From Dudresnaya verticillata (Eukaryota): a DNA stretch of 64,000 nucleotides. Below, in pieces: positions 12,460 to 21,656 of the stretch (the stretch's first letter is position 1; every line of letters starts with the position of its first letter). The stretch is taken from positions 372,001 to 436,000 of the forward strand of contig OZ374564.1 of assembly GCA_977862235.1 (NCBI GenBank), in the 5' to 3' direction. The notes beneath the pieces are model-generated. The model was given only the letters and a program-made list of their open reading frames with translations, had not been told where the DNA came from and did no database searches. The position numbers were made by a program, and so were the translations under genes.

Positions 12460-13329
12460 ATGACCTGCGCCTTCGTCCCCGCGACTCCTCTACGCCTCTT
12501 TCGTCAAACCGCTCCGCACGCCACCAGCCGTGCCACTCGCCCGGCCTGCACGGCCTCGCCACCAAAGCCTGCAACCATGCCGCAAACAGACATCAAGCGC
12601 ATGGAACCAGGCAAGAGGTTCAATCAAATCGTCATCCATGACGGCAAAGTGTATCTCTCGGGGCAGGTCATGCGCGGCACAAATGGCTCTGTGTACACCC
12701 AGACAGTCGGCATTCTCGCCAAGATCGACGACCTTCTTGCCAAGGCCGGCACTGACAAGACTCGCCTGCTCTCAGTCAACATCTACCTAACCAACATTGC
12801 TGAGGCACCCGAGATGAACCGCGCTTGGGACGAGTGGGTCAGCCATGATCATATGCCCACTCGCGCCACCGTGCAATCTGCGCTTGTGGACGACGAGATC
12901 ACTGTCGAAATCCAGGCTGTGGCAGCCCTCCCCTCACCGGCGCGGACCATTGCGACGGAGGAGGCGGCTGCGGCCGTCGGGCCCTACAACCAGGGTGTTG
13001 TTATTGAAGACGGCACTGTGTTCGTTAGTGGATGCATTGGGTTGCTGCCCAAGGATGGTGGTATGGTTGCAGGTGGAGTGAAAGAGCAAACTGTACAAGC
13101 GTTGAACAACGTGAGGGCTATTCTGAAGGAAGCAGGGGCGAGCCCCAATGACATTGTGAAGACAACCATCTTGCTGGATGATATCGGCGACTTCGGTGAA
13201 GTGAACAAGATATACGAGGCATTCTTCGAAGGTGGTAGTGTTCCTGCACGTTCTTGCTTTGCTGCAAAGCAACTTCCCAAGGCTGCTTTGGTGGAGATTG
13301 ACGCAGTTGCAACTCTTAGCCGGACATAA
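12460..13329 (+). CDS. Plastid-targeted tandem Rid (YjgF/YER057c/UK114) protein: YoaB/Rid2-like + RidA
   Basis: Transit peptide MTCAFVPATPL. Domain 1 has VYLSGQV, MNRAWDEWV, PTRATVQ, VEI. Domain 2 has GPYNQG, VSGCIGL, IVKTTILL, PARSCF, LVEID. Confidence 0.9.
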   Translation: MTCAFVPATPLRLFRQTAPHATSRATRPACTASPPKPATMPQTDIKRMEPGKRFNQIVIHDGKVYLSGQVMRGTNGSVYTQTVGILAKIDDLLAKAGTDKTRLLSVNIYLTNIAEAPEMNRAWDEWVSHDHMPTRATVQSALVDDEITVEIQAVAALPSPARTIATEEAAAAVGPYNQGVVIEDGTVFVSGCIGLLPKDGGMVAGGVKEQTVQALNNVRAILKEAGASPNDIVKTTILLDDIGDFGEVNKIYEAFFEGGSVPARSCFAAKQLPKAALVEIDAVATLSRT

Positions 13330-13649
13330 TAGAACAATAAAATGTCAACCGGTAGCACAGATGGTCGTATGACAGGCTTTGGGTTTTTGCCTAGCTTGCA
13401 CTCCTTTGCAACTTTCAGGTGCCCCTGAATAGCTACTCAAAAATGATACGCGCAAGGCGAAGATGCCTGCGAATGTATTCATCTTCTGGTGGGGACATCT
13501 CCATTTCCTACCCGAAAACTATTTCAAAGTATTCGTTATAGTGGCTCCTCTAAATACTCTTACTGTTCCATGACCTCGTCTGTTTCAACAAAGTGGTTGA
13601 GCTCGACAACTAATATATAAGACAATTCGAAGCAAAAGACTAAGGTTGT

Positions 13650-14051
13650 TTACTCATCAACGTATCTTTCGTTACTGCGAGAGTGAGCTCTATTGGAACA
13701 GAAGACGGCACGGCACAGAGGCATAAACAATCTTGAGAAGCACCACAAACTCGTTGACATGACCATTATGAACAAGACGGTAAGCATAGAGACAAGAAGT
13801 GTATAACCACACACGATAAGAATGACGATTGTCCTTGCATGGTAGACCGTGAAGAGAACTAGATACAACGGTCGGAAGTTGGGATCCACGGATGGAAGGA
13901 GACGTGCCAGGACTGCGTTAAGCATCTTTGACGGAGCCAGGTCCGGTATGAGAACATCAAAAATTCCTTCTGCCTCATCAGGGTGAGGGAAAAGGCGGTC
14001 TAGTACTGACGTTATCTTATCGACTGCTTCTTCACTCCATGAGATGTCCAT
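13650..14051 (-). CDS. Hypothetical small membrane protein
   Basis: 133-aa ATG ORF with a long hydrophobic stretch in an AT-richer region; no recognisable family. Confidence 0.3.
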   Translation of the reverse strand: MDISWSEEAVDKITSVLDRLFPHPDEAEGIFDVLIPDLAPSKMLNAVLARLLPSVDPNFRPLYLVLFTVYHARTIVILIVCGYTLLVSMLTVLFIMVMSTSLWCFSRLFMPLCRAVFCSNRAHSRSNERYVDE

Positions 14052-14996
14052 CTTGGCCCTTTAAGAGCCCACTCTTGCTTCTTGTACGGCTTGTTAGATA
14101 AGTCAACGAAGTGGTATAAAAAGGCGAGAAAAGCGGAGGTGTTAGCTGTTCCAAAATGAAGGAGATGTTGTTCTTGGCACGTTTCAGTCAGTAGACTCAT
14201 CATAGAGGGAGACCGTACGAAAAAGAGTCTCTTTTTCATTCGCTAGAGGTAGAGCTACTCTCGCGACTACAACTAACTTGCGCAATTAACTTGGACTGCT
14301 GTTTGGCGGTCTTTTTTTCTTCCACGAAGCGAACGGGTTTCAAAAAAGGACTATAGTATTTCGTGTACGGCGTTTGAATGTATTCAGAATCCGTTTCCTT
14401 TCGACCATTTTATAAATACGACTGCTACGTCTAGATGCTGGCCGAGTGAGCTACACACACAAGCCAATAGTACCTATCATGTAGATCCCATGGGGCATTG
14501 CACTCTCCGAAAATATCTCTGACCAACAAACAACCAGTACATAACATGCGCCACATCTCCGTGGCGCCCTTGAGCAAAGAAAGACGTCAGCAGTTAAATG
14601 ATGAAGAGCTTTTAGGTGTCTATGAGTTAGAGCTATGTAAACTACGGAGGATAGCAGCCGTGTGGTTTTGAGTTGGTTGGTGGGACTGCAACTAGCAAAG
14701 TTTGGTTAGACTTGTTCGAGCTTCGTCAAATGCGGCAGTACAGGCGTGTGCTGCAAGGAGTAACGAAAACCTTGACTTGTCTCAATCACTACCGACATAG
14801 ACTTGCATTTGAGCAGCAAAATCTCAAATGCTGATAGTAAGCGTATTGCGGACATGAATAGAAGAATGTACTGAACAGTTCCCGTATCACTTAGGAGAGA
14901 AAGATACAATTGTTGTCGTTCCACCTTCAACAAACGACATTTAAGGCACTCAAAGATAGGTGTGTTGACAATAATTCTCTGCTTCAAGAGCAAGCA

Positions 14997-16517
14997 ATGA
15001 CACAAGTGTCCCCCATTGTTCTCCAAGAAGGCAGCAGCTCGGAGTCGGTGAGCACATTTCCTGAGCCGGATCTTTCGGTATCTTCGACTGACGCATTAAA
15101 AGCTCGTTCAGACCATTCGGCGGGGCAGTCTCATCATGAACTCGTGTTACCAGCAGTAGCGTTCTCGGGCGTGCAACTCGCCTGGTCTGTGCTTATTGGC
15201 CATGCTACTGCACACCTCCGAAAGCTCGGGCTTCCAGATAGCGAGATTGGATTTGCTTGGCTGGCTGGTCCGGTGTCTGGGGCTCTTGTGCAACCTGTTG
15301 TGGGCTCACTCTCAGACCGCTGCACTTCAAGATTTGGGAGACGGAGACCCTTTATGTTGTTCGGGGCGTGTCAAACACTTGTGGGAATGCTGCTGTTTGG
15401 ATTTGCCGGAGATATAGCTGCGCAACTAAGCGCACCACCAATACTCATTGGCGTCCTCGCTTTTTGGATTGTTGACGCAGGCATTAACATTCTACAAATA
15501 CCTACGCGCGCATTGCTGTCAGACGTGGCTGGGAAGCAACGCGTTATGACCGGGAGCGCAATGTTTGCCATGGCAAGTGGGGTCGGAAAGATGGCCGGGT
15601 ATGCAATCGGGGCGTTTGCACCGAGCTCTCAGACTGTGTTCGCAACAGCTGGCGCAGTGGTGTTGCTAGAGACTCTGGTGGCGTGTGGCGTCGGCGAGAC
15701 AAGGCCGGTGGAATCGGGGGAGCGAGAAGGACTTTGGAGGTCGATAAGCGGAGCGTTCCGACGGGCCGTGGCAGCGCTGCGCAACCCGCCTGAAGGCGTG
15801 CGCGGGGTGTTTGCAGTGCAATGGTTGACATATCTAGCCATGATGCTGTCGTTCGTGTACGGAGCGGACTGGGTCGGACGAGACGTGTTCAATGGGGACG
15901 CGGACGCTGCCAGCGGGAGCGCAGCGCGACAACGGTTCGAGGACGGCGTGCGGTTCGCCAACGCTGCGCTGCTCGGGATGGCGGGGCTATCGACAGTGCT
16001 GGCAGCGGGGCTGCCGTGGGTGGTGCGGGCGGCGGGGGTGCGCTGTACGTGGGCGGGGAGTCTGGGGGTGATGGGGGTTGGGCTGCTATGCGCGCCGGTG
16101 TGCGAGACGCGGACGGGGGTGGTGTGGGTGTTCCTCGCGATGGGCGGGGCGACGGCGGCGGCGTTCTCCGTGCCGTGGGCGGTGGTGAGCGCGCGGCTGG
16201 ACGGGGCGTGGGGCGAGGAGCGCGCGCTGTGCCTGGCGCTGTTCAACCTGGCGCAGGCGACGCCCGGGGTGGTGGCGAGCGTGCTCGGCGGGGCGGTGGT
16301 GCGCGCGGGGCGCGGGAGGCTGGGCGCCGTGATGTTCGTAGCGGGGGTGTTCGCAGGTGGCGCGGCGGGCGCGGCGGCGACCGTGCCGCTCGGAGACGCG
16401 GTGGGCGCGGGGCTGGCACGGCGCGCGGCGCGCGCGACGGGCGACACGTGCGGGAACGGGTTCGGCAACGGGTGCGCGGCGGAGGCGGCGCGCGCGCCGG
16501 GGCCGGTGGACGTTTGA
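14997..16517 (+). CDS. SUC/SUT-SLC45 family (GPH/MFS) sugar:H+ symporter
   Basis: GVQLAWS, WLAGPVSGALVQPVVGSLSDRCTSRFGRRRPF, PTRALLSD, DWVGRDVFNGD, LFNLAQATP. ATG at 14997. Confidence 0.9.
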   Translation: MTQVSPIVLQEGSSSESVSTFPEPDLSVSSTDALKARSDHSAGQSHHELVLPAVAFSGVQLAWSVLIGHATAHLRKLGLPDSEIGFAWLAGPVSGALVQPVVGSLSDRCTSRFGRRRPFMLFGACQTLVGMLLFGFAGDIAAQLSAPPILIGVLAFWIVDAGINILQIPTRALLSDVAGKQRVMTGSAMFAMASGVGKMAGYAIGAFAPSSQTVFATAGAVVLLETLVACGVGETRPVESGEREGLWRSISGAFRRAVAALRNPPEGVRGVFAVQWLTYLAMMLSFVYGADWVGRDVFNGDADAASGSAARQRFEDGVRFANAALLGMAGLSTVLAAGLPWVVRAAGVRCTWAGSLGVMGVGLLCAPVCETRTGVVWVFLAMGGATAAAFSVPWAVVSARLDGAWGEERALCLALFNLAQATPGVVASVLGGAVVRAGRGRLGAVMFVAGVFAGGAAGAAATVPLGDAVGAGLARRAARATGDTCGNGFGNGCAAEAARAPGPVDV

Positions 16518-17062
16518 CAAAAAATCCGGCGCGGCCAACTGCGGCGAGGCGGGTGCCGCGCGGGAGCGGCGCGCGCGGAAAATCTTGAGCTCGCGAGCTG
16601 CCGGTTGGCCGCGCAGGCGGGGCATGCGCCCTTTGGGGCGCGGATCGCGAGGTGATTCGCGTGCGAGCCGCCGCCACTCTCCCGTTGAGCGAGGCTGTGG
16701 CCAGATATTCCGTCTCGCGGCGGCGCACCGCAGCCAACCGTCTCCACACGCAGGCGGCATCTCCTGCCCGTCGCATGCCGTCGGCCAGTTTCCACGTGCC
16801 ACATCGCCCCTCGCCCCTCGTCTGCCTCTCTCAACCTGCGTCCTCCCCCCGCAGGCGCATCCGCGAGGGAGGGTTTTTCGCGCAGCCTTCGCATGGGAAG
16901 GGTAAACCTCTTCCATTTCTGTCATTCATAAAGCAGCGCAATACCTCCTGCTACAACCCGACCTCTGCACCGCTTCCCATCTCTACCTCTCCACCACCCA
17001 CTACCCACCACCCACCACCCACCACTCCCCTCTCCCTCCTCCCTCTCCTAACCTCTTTCAAA

Positions 17063-17825
17063 ATGATGGCCTTCGTTGGCGCCTTCACGGCCCCTGCTAT
17101 TCGCCCGACCGCCTTCACCGGCTCCAAGGTCACCTCCGTCTCCAAGAATGTCGCAGCTCGCTTCTCCATGCAGGAGAAGAGCCCGTCCGTCCCCTTCATG
17201 AATGTCCCTGAGACTCTCTCCCCCAGCTTGCCAGGCTACGTCGGATTCGGTAAGTGCCATACCAACTCAGCTTGCGGCGATGTGCCGTAGGGATTGTGCA
17301 CATTTATAGAGCCACCAACCTAACATTTTTTTTCTCCTTTTGTATGTGCCACGTGCAGACCCGCTGAGCATCTCCGAGTACGTCAACCTCAAGTGGCTGC
17401 AGGAGGCCGAGATCAAGCACGGCCGCGTGTGCATGCTCGCCATCCTCGGCATGGTTGTCGCCGAGCTGTACCACTTCCCGTGGTACTCGGACCTGCCCAA
17501 GCTTGTGATCGACCGCCACAACTGGGGTGTGCACAACGGCTCCATGCTCCAGATCCTCATCTGGTGCGGATTCTTCGAGATCATGACCGCCCCGGCCCTG
17601 TACCAGATGGTCACCGGCATGTCGGACCGCGAGCCGGGATACTTTGCGTTCGACCCGCTCGGCCTCGGCAAGGACCCGTCCAAGCTGGCCACGTACAAGG
17701 TCAACGAGATCAAGAACGGCCGCCTCGCCATGGTTGCCGTGTCGGGCGCCATCCACCATGCCGCTCTTACCAACCAGAACTTTGTTGAGCAGATCGTCAG
17801 CGGCAACTTCATCCCGAAGTTCTAA
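17063..17825 (+). CDS. Lhcr: Red-algal light-harvesting chlorophyll a-binding protein, 2 exons (17063-17249, 17359-17825)
   Basis: Transit peptide MMAFVGAF; splicing gives GYVGFDPL; EAEIKHGRVCMLA, FDPLGL, EIKNGRLAM. Confidence 0.95.
17250..17358 (+). other. Spliceosomal intron (109 nt) of LHC gene
   Basis: GTAAGT donor, CCTAAC branch near 17320, poly-T tract, TGCAG acceptor. Confidence 0.93.
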
Positions 17826-18662
17826 GCCAAAGTTTTTGTGGTCTCTGAGTGTGTCGACCGGCGTTTATTCTTTTCTCTCCCGCTCGCTTTAGCGAAGTGA
17901 CTTGTTGTACTGTTGCAAGTAAAAAGGTCCGGTGCTTTCTCAAAATTGTGCGTGTATGCGTAGTAGCGCGTTTCTCTATGTACAGCCAACAGTAGATGGA
18001 CCTGTACCGTATGCGGAGGTTGTGTGGTGACAGGGCAGAAACAGGGTTTGGGGATATGTCTGCCGATGCCGGCGGCACGGTATCTATCTTCTAGATACAG
18101 AGATACCTTCGATGGTATTGTATGCAGTATGCAATCGCGAGAAAGCTGTTTCCGTATCCGCCGGATGAGGGGCGCTCCCTTTGGAAGGCGCCTTCCCAAT
18201 GAGACGTCCGCATTCATGAGCGCGCAAGCGCATGCGCGACCGGCACTTGTCAGCACGCCACCGGGCGCAAGTTTTGGGATATTTGGGTGGATTCGCGCAC
18301 CAGCGACGCTGCCGCTGAATAGCCGCTTTGCAGTATCACCTCGACAGTTGCGCACGCGGCAGACCCGCGCCAGATCCTTCCTCCGCCACCGAGCGCGCGA
18401 AAGGGTTCTCGGCCCGTCCTCACCGCCGCCACGAAGGGCCGCTCCGTAGCCATTCTCCTCGTGTCCCCACCACGGCCACGCATCCGCGCCCCGCCGCGTG
18501 CACCGACCAAAACTCCTCTGCCGCGCTCCCTCCGCGCCGCGCGCGCTCCCCCCGACCCCTTCCGCAACCATCACCATCACCGTCCAGCAGCACCCCCCGG
18601 CGCGGCCGGTCCGGTGCGCCCGCGCCCCGCACGGCGCCTCGGCCGACCCCCGCACCCTCACC

Positions 18663-19610
18663 ATGTCCTCGTCCCCCGCCTGGCTCACCATCGCCCTCAC
18701 CTCGCTCTCGTCCTGCACCCAGCCCACCCCGCCGTCCGTCTTCGCCGCCGGCATCCGAGCCCTCCCGGCTCCGCACGTGCTGCACCATCTCAACCGCTGG
18801 TCCCGCCACGTCTGGCGCCCCGCCGTCACCTCTCGCGCCCTCGCCGCCCTCACGAGGCTTCCCGATGAGCCCCAGCTCGTCGCGCTCGGCTCTGGCGCTG
18901 TTGCCCTCCTGGCTGCGCTTGTCGACGCTATCAAGAGGTGCAACGCGCAGGAGTGGATCGACATTCTGGGCGTTATGTTTCTTGCTGATGACCCGTGGGC
19001 GGTTGAAGTTGGTCGAGCAGGTGATGCCAAGGATGTTGATCGTGCTGCAGCCGCCATGAGGGCCCTTTACGAACGTAAGGCCGATTTGCTCGCGGAAACT
19101 GCAGCAAGACTCACGCTAGATGTGCGTGACTTCTCGGATGAACTTGAGGAAGGCGGGTCTGCCCACGGAGAATCTTTTGCCGAGCTTAGGTGTCGTGTTG
19201 CAGCTCTCCAGCTCCAGTTGGACGATGTCACCGCCGTCGTCAGGAGGAATGAAAAGAACACAAAGGATCTTTTGTCCTCGTTCCATTTCTGGTCCATGTT
19301 GCTACTAGACGAGTTGCGAAGCTATAAGCAGCAGCTGGCAGAGCGTTCTGTCGGCGGACCAGGTTTCGTACGCCATGACGGTGACCTAGTCGTGAGCGGG
19401 GAGGAAGTCTTTGATTCATTTGCTAGGTCTGTGGGAAACGCAGTGGATCGCGCAGCTGGGGAGAGTGGGGGTGCTGTCTCGAGTCGCAGTGCGGACAATT
19501 CTGTCGCTGGTCGGAGTGATGCAAATGCCCCGGTGTCGACTGGCACTGCCAACCCGGATGTACCGCGAGTGAAGCGGGTGTTTCGGGACGGAAGGTGGGT
19601 TACCTTATAA
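18663..19610 (+). CDS. Hypothetical protein with predicted coiled coil
   Basis: 315-aa ORF from ATG 18663 in CACC-ATG context with coding-like composition; heptad-like ELRCRVAALQLQLDDVTAVV. Confidence 0.7.
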   Translation: MSSSPAWLTIALTSLSSCTQPTPPSVFAAGIRALPAPHVLHHLNRWSRHVWRPAVTSRALAALTRLPDEPQLVALGSGAVALLAALVDAIKRCNAQEWIDILGVMFLADDPWAVEVGRAGDAKDVDRAAAAMRALYERKADLLAETAARLTLDVRDFSDELEEGGSAHGESFAELRCRVAALQLQLDDVTAVVRRNEKNTKDLLSSFHFWSMLLLDELRSYKQQLAERSVGGPGFVRHDGDLVVSGEEVFDSFARSVGNAVDRAAGESGGAVSSRSADNSVAGRSDANAPVSTGTANPDVPRVKRVFRDGRWVTL

Positions 19611-19926
19611 CTTTTATAGATCGAAGCGGCCGAAGGCACACCTGGCCGCCACGGGGTTAACTTTTTGTGCAGCAGCTCAGGCACATGTGAATGGGGTTCA
19701 ATCGTGCGCTGCAGTGCTGCTCAGGTTCTTTGTACAGGTTTCGTGTTAGTAGCACCAGTGTAGAAAAATGAGCGATGGTTTTCGGTATGTTTGCGCTTGA
19801 GACCATAGTTCCAAAGTTAGTTCGATTGTATCGTATTGGATTGGACAGTAAAGGAGCAAACCGGAGCGCCATTGGAGCGCTGTCGGAGCCCTTTCGGCAC
19901 TTTGCGAATGCTGCTCGAGACCCTCT

Positions 19927-21126
19927 TCATTTGTCGCTGAGCTTTGCAAGTTCTGATAGTTCTCCCATTGAACTCGATCGTACAGAAAGGTGCGGACTCC
20001 TAGCTGAGGGTCTCCGAGTGAGGTGTGTTGATGGGGCGTTCGCTGGGGGCGGAGGTGCTCCATTTCGGCTCTCAATGAGGACTTCCAAACTGAGCGTTTT
20101 GTTCACTCCTGGCTGTTCGGAATCGTGGCGCCTCACATCTTGTTCTTGATTCACAGTGCCCACACCTGAGCCAGCCATACCAATGCCATCCGCAGCACAA
20201 ACAGCGGCATAGATTTCATCAACGACTTTAACGGCATCCACTCTCGACTCTATGATATGCGCAGGCCATTCGTCTCGGACCCGCTCTTGGAATATGCGTT
20301 CATAAACATGCCGCTGCACAATTTCTGGGTTCGGGATGCTATTCTCCAAGACGTTAATCGGGCTTTCATTGGTGTTGTTAAAAGCAAATGTGCTCGTATT
20401 CGGATCCGAGCCATCAGCAGAAATAACCGGAGTCGACATGGAAGCAGTCGAAGAAGAAGGAATTCCCGGTAATGACAGTCCTGGCAGGGAAGTTGGGATG
20501 GGAAGGGGGGCGCCAGTGGTCCTGTCGAATGGAGTTGACGAAGAACGCTCGACGCGACCATCCATGGACGCCTTCTGCTGGCGTATTGGCGGTAAGGTGC
20601 CGGTGCTATCGTCATCCGGCCCTGTATCATCATGCGTAGAAGACACGGACGGAGCAGCCAGAGCGCGGGTGCGAAAAATCTTATCCCCGGACTGATGCGA
20701 AACGCGAATAGTGAGCTTCATGGTAGTGTTGAGCAAACTCTCCTGCACGAGAAAGTTGCGCGAAACGACGCCAACAGTAGCGGCGTCAGAAAGGTCGACC
20801 TCGACCGTGCCCTCCGCATGGAAAGAGGTGGCCAGCCATCTGCCACGACGCTCGGAGCGGAGCTGCAGAACAAGCGGGGCAGGCTGCAAGATGGTGGGAT
20901 CTGCGGGGTCTGCCGGGATGGTGATGTTGAAGTGGGCGTTGGAGTTCCAGCGGATGACGTGTCCGGGCTCGACGGGCTGCGACGGGGTTCGGCCTTCGGG
21001 CGGGACGGCGCGGCGCGCGCGCCAATGCACGTACAGCAGGCGGTGGATGGCCGGGATGGAGTCGAGCTGGTGCACGGTGAGGTCGACGCTGAAGACGCGC
21101 TCGCCACGGCGGAAGCGCGATCGCAT
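19927..21126 (-). CDS. NT-C2 (EEIG1/EHBP1, FAM102-like) domain protein
   Basis: FSVDLTVHQLDSIP..LYVHW..GRT..V..IRW..GTVEVDLSD..LVQESLLNTTMKLTI; C-terminal SRVDAVKVVDEI motif resembles FAM102. Confidence 0.8.
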   Translation of the reverse strand: MRSRFRRGERVFSVDLTVHQLDSIPAIHRLLYVHWRARRAVPPEGRTPSQPVEPGHVIRWNSNAHFNITIPADPADPTILQPAPLVLQLRSERRGRWLATSFHAEGTVEVDLSDAATVGVVSRNFLVQESLLNTTMKLTIRVSHQSGDKIFRTRALAAPSVSSTHDDTGPDDDSTGTLPPIRQQKASMDGRVERSSSTPFDRTTGAPLPIPTSLPGLSLPGIPSSSTASMSTPVISADGSDPNTSTFAFNNTNESPINVLENSIPNPEIVQRHVYERIFQERVRDEWPAHIIESRVDAVKVVDEIYAAVCAADGIGMAGSGVGTVNQEQDVRRHDSEQPGVNKTLSLEVLIESRNGAPPPPANAPSTHLTRRPSARSPHLSVRSSSMGELSELAKLSDK

Positions 21127-21192
21127 TATGGCGGGGGCGGGCGCGTGCGGCGGCGGCGACCGTGGGCTATCGGAGCGGCATTAAGGGCGCGC

Positions 21193-21214
21193 GGGGGGGG
21201 GGGGGGGGGGGGGG
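21193..21214 (+). repeat. Poly-G tract (G22)
   Basis: 22 consecutive G about 70 nt upstream of the NT-C2 gene start. Confidence 0.9.
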
Positions 21215-21560
21215 AACGGCAGGGGAGAGCTGCGAGACGCGGGGGGAGACAGGGATCGGGGCAGGTGGCGTAATTGAGGGCGAACGCGGTGCTGGGAGGC
21301 TTCGCGGCGGTGCGGTGGTGCCGGTTCGTTTGGCGGACAGCGGGGGCTTGGAAACGGACGGATGATGGGAGTGATACCGTATCTTGGACAAATTTATGAT
21401 GCGGCCACGCTCATGACTGCACGAGAAATCAAAACTGCGGAAAAGTGGCCTGCACGGTGGGCACGTGTACAGTAGGCACCGGCGTTTTGCATTGATCAGA
21501 ATTGCAAAAGCGTCGCAGACCACTGCATCCGAACAGCATCCGGCTTACGGTGCTCGAGCG

Positions 21561-21656
21561 GCAGCTTGCAACTTGAACATTTGCGGTGCAGCGTCCACCG
21601 CGCCTTGAACATTTGCGGTGCAGCGTCCCACCGCAAATGTTCAAGTTGCAAGCTGC
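21561..21656. repeat. Perfect 28-bp inverted repeat with internal 25-bp direct duplication
   Basis: GCAGCTTGCAACTTGAACATTTGCGGTG (21561-21588) is the reverse complement of 21629-21656. CTTGAACATTTGCGGTGCAGCGTCC occurs at 21572-21596 and 21604-21628. Confidence 0.95.

Noticed and set aside
15629..16925. Long antisense and alternative-frame ORFs over the SUC gene 3' half
   Set aside because: Shadow ORFs caused by high GC.
21561..21656. CRISPR array or MITE interpretation of the repeat
   Set aside because: Only two direct copies with a 7-nt spacer, eukaryotic context, no cas genes, no target-site duplication.
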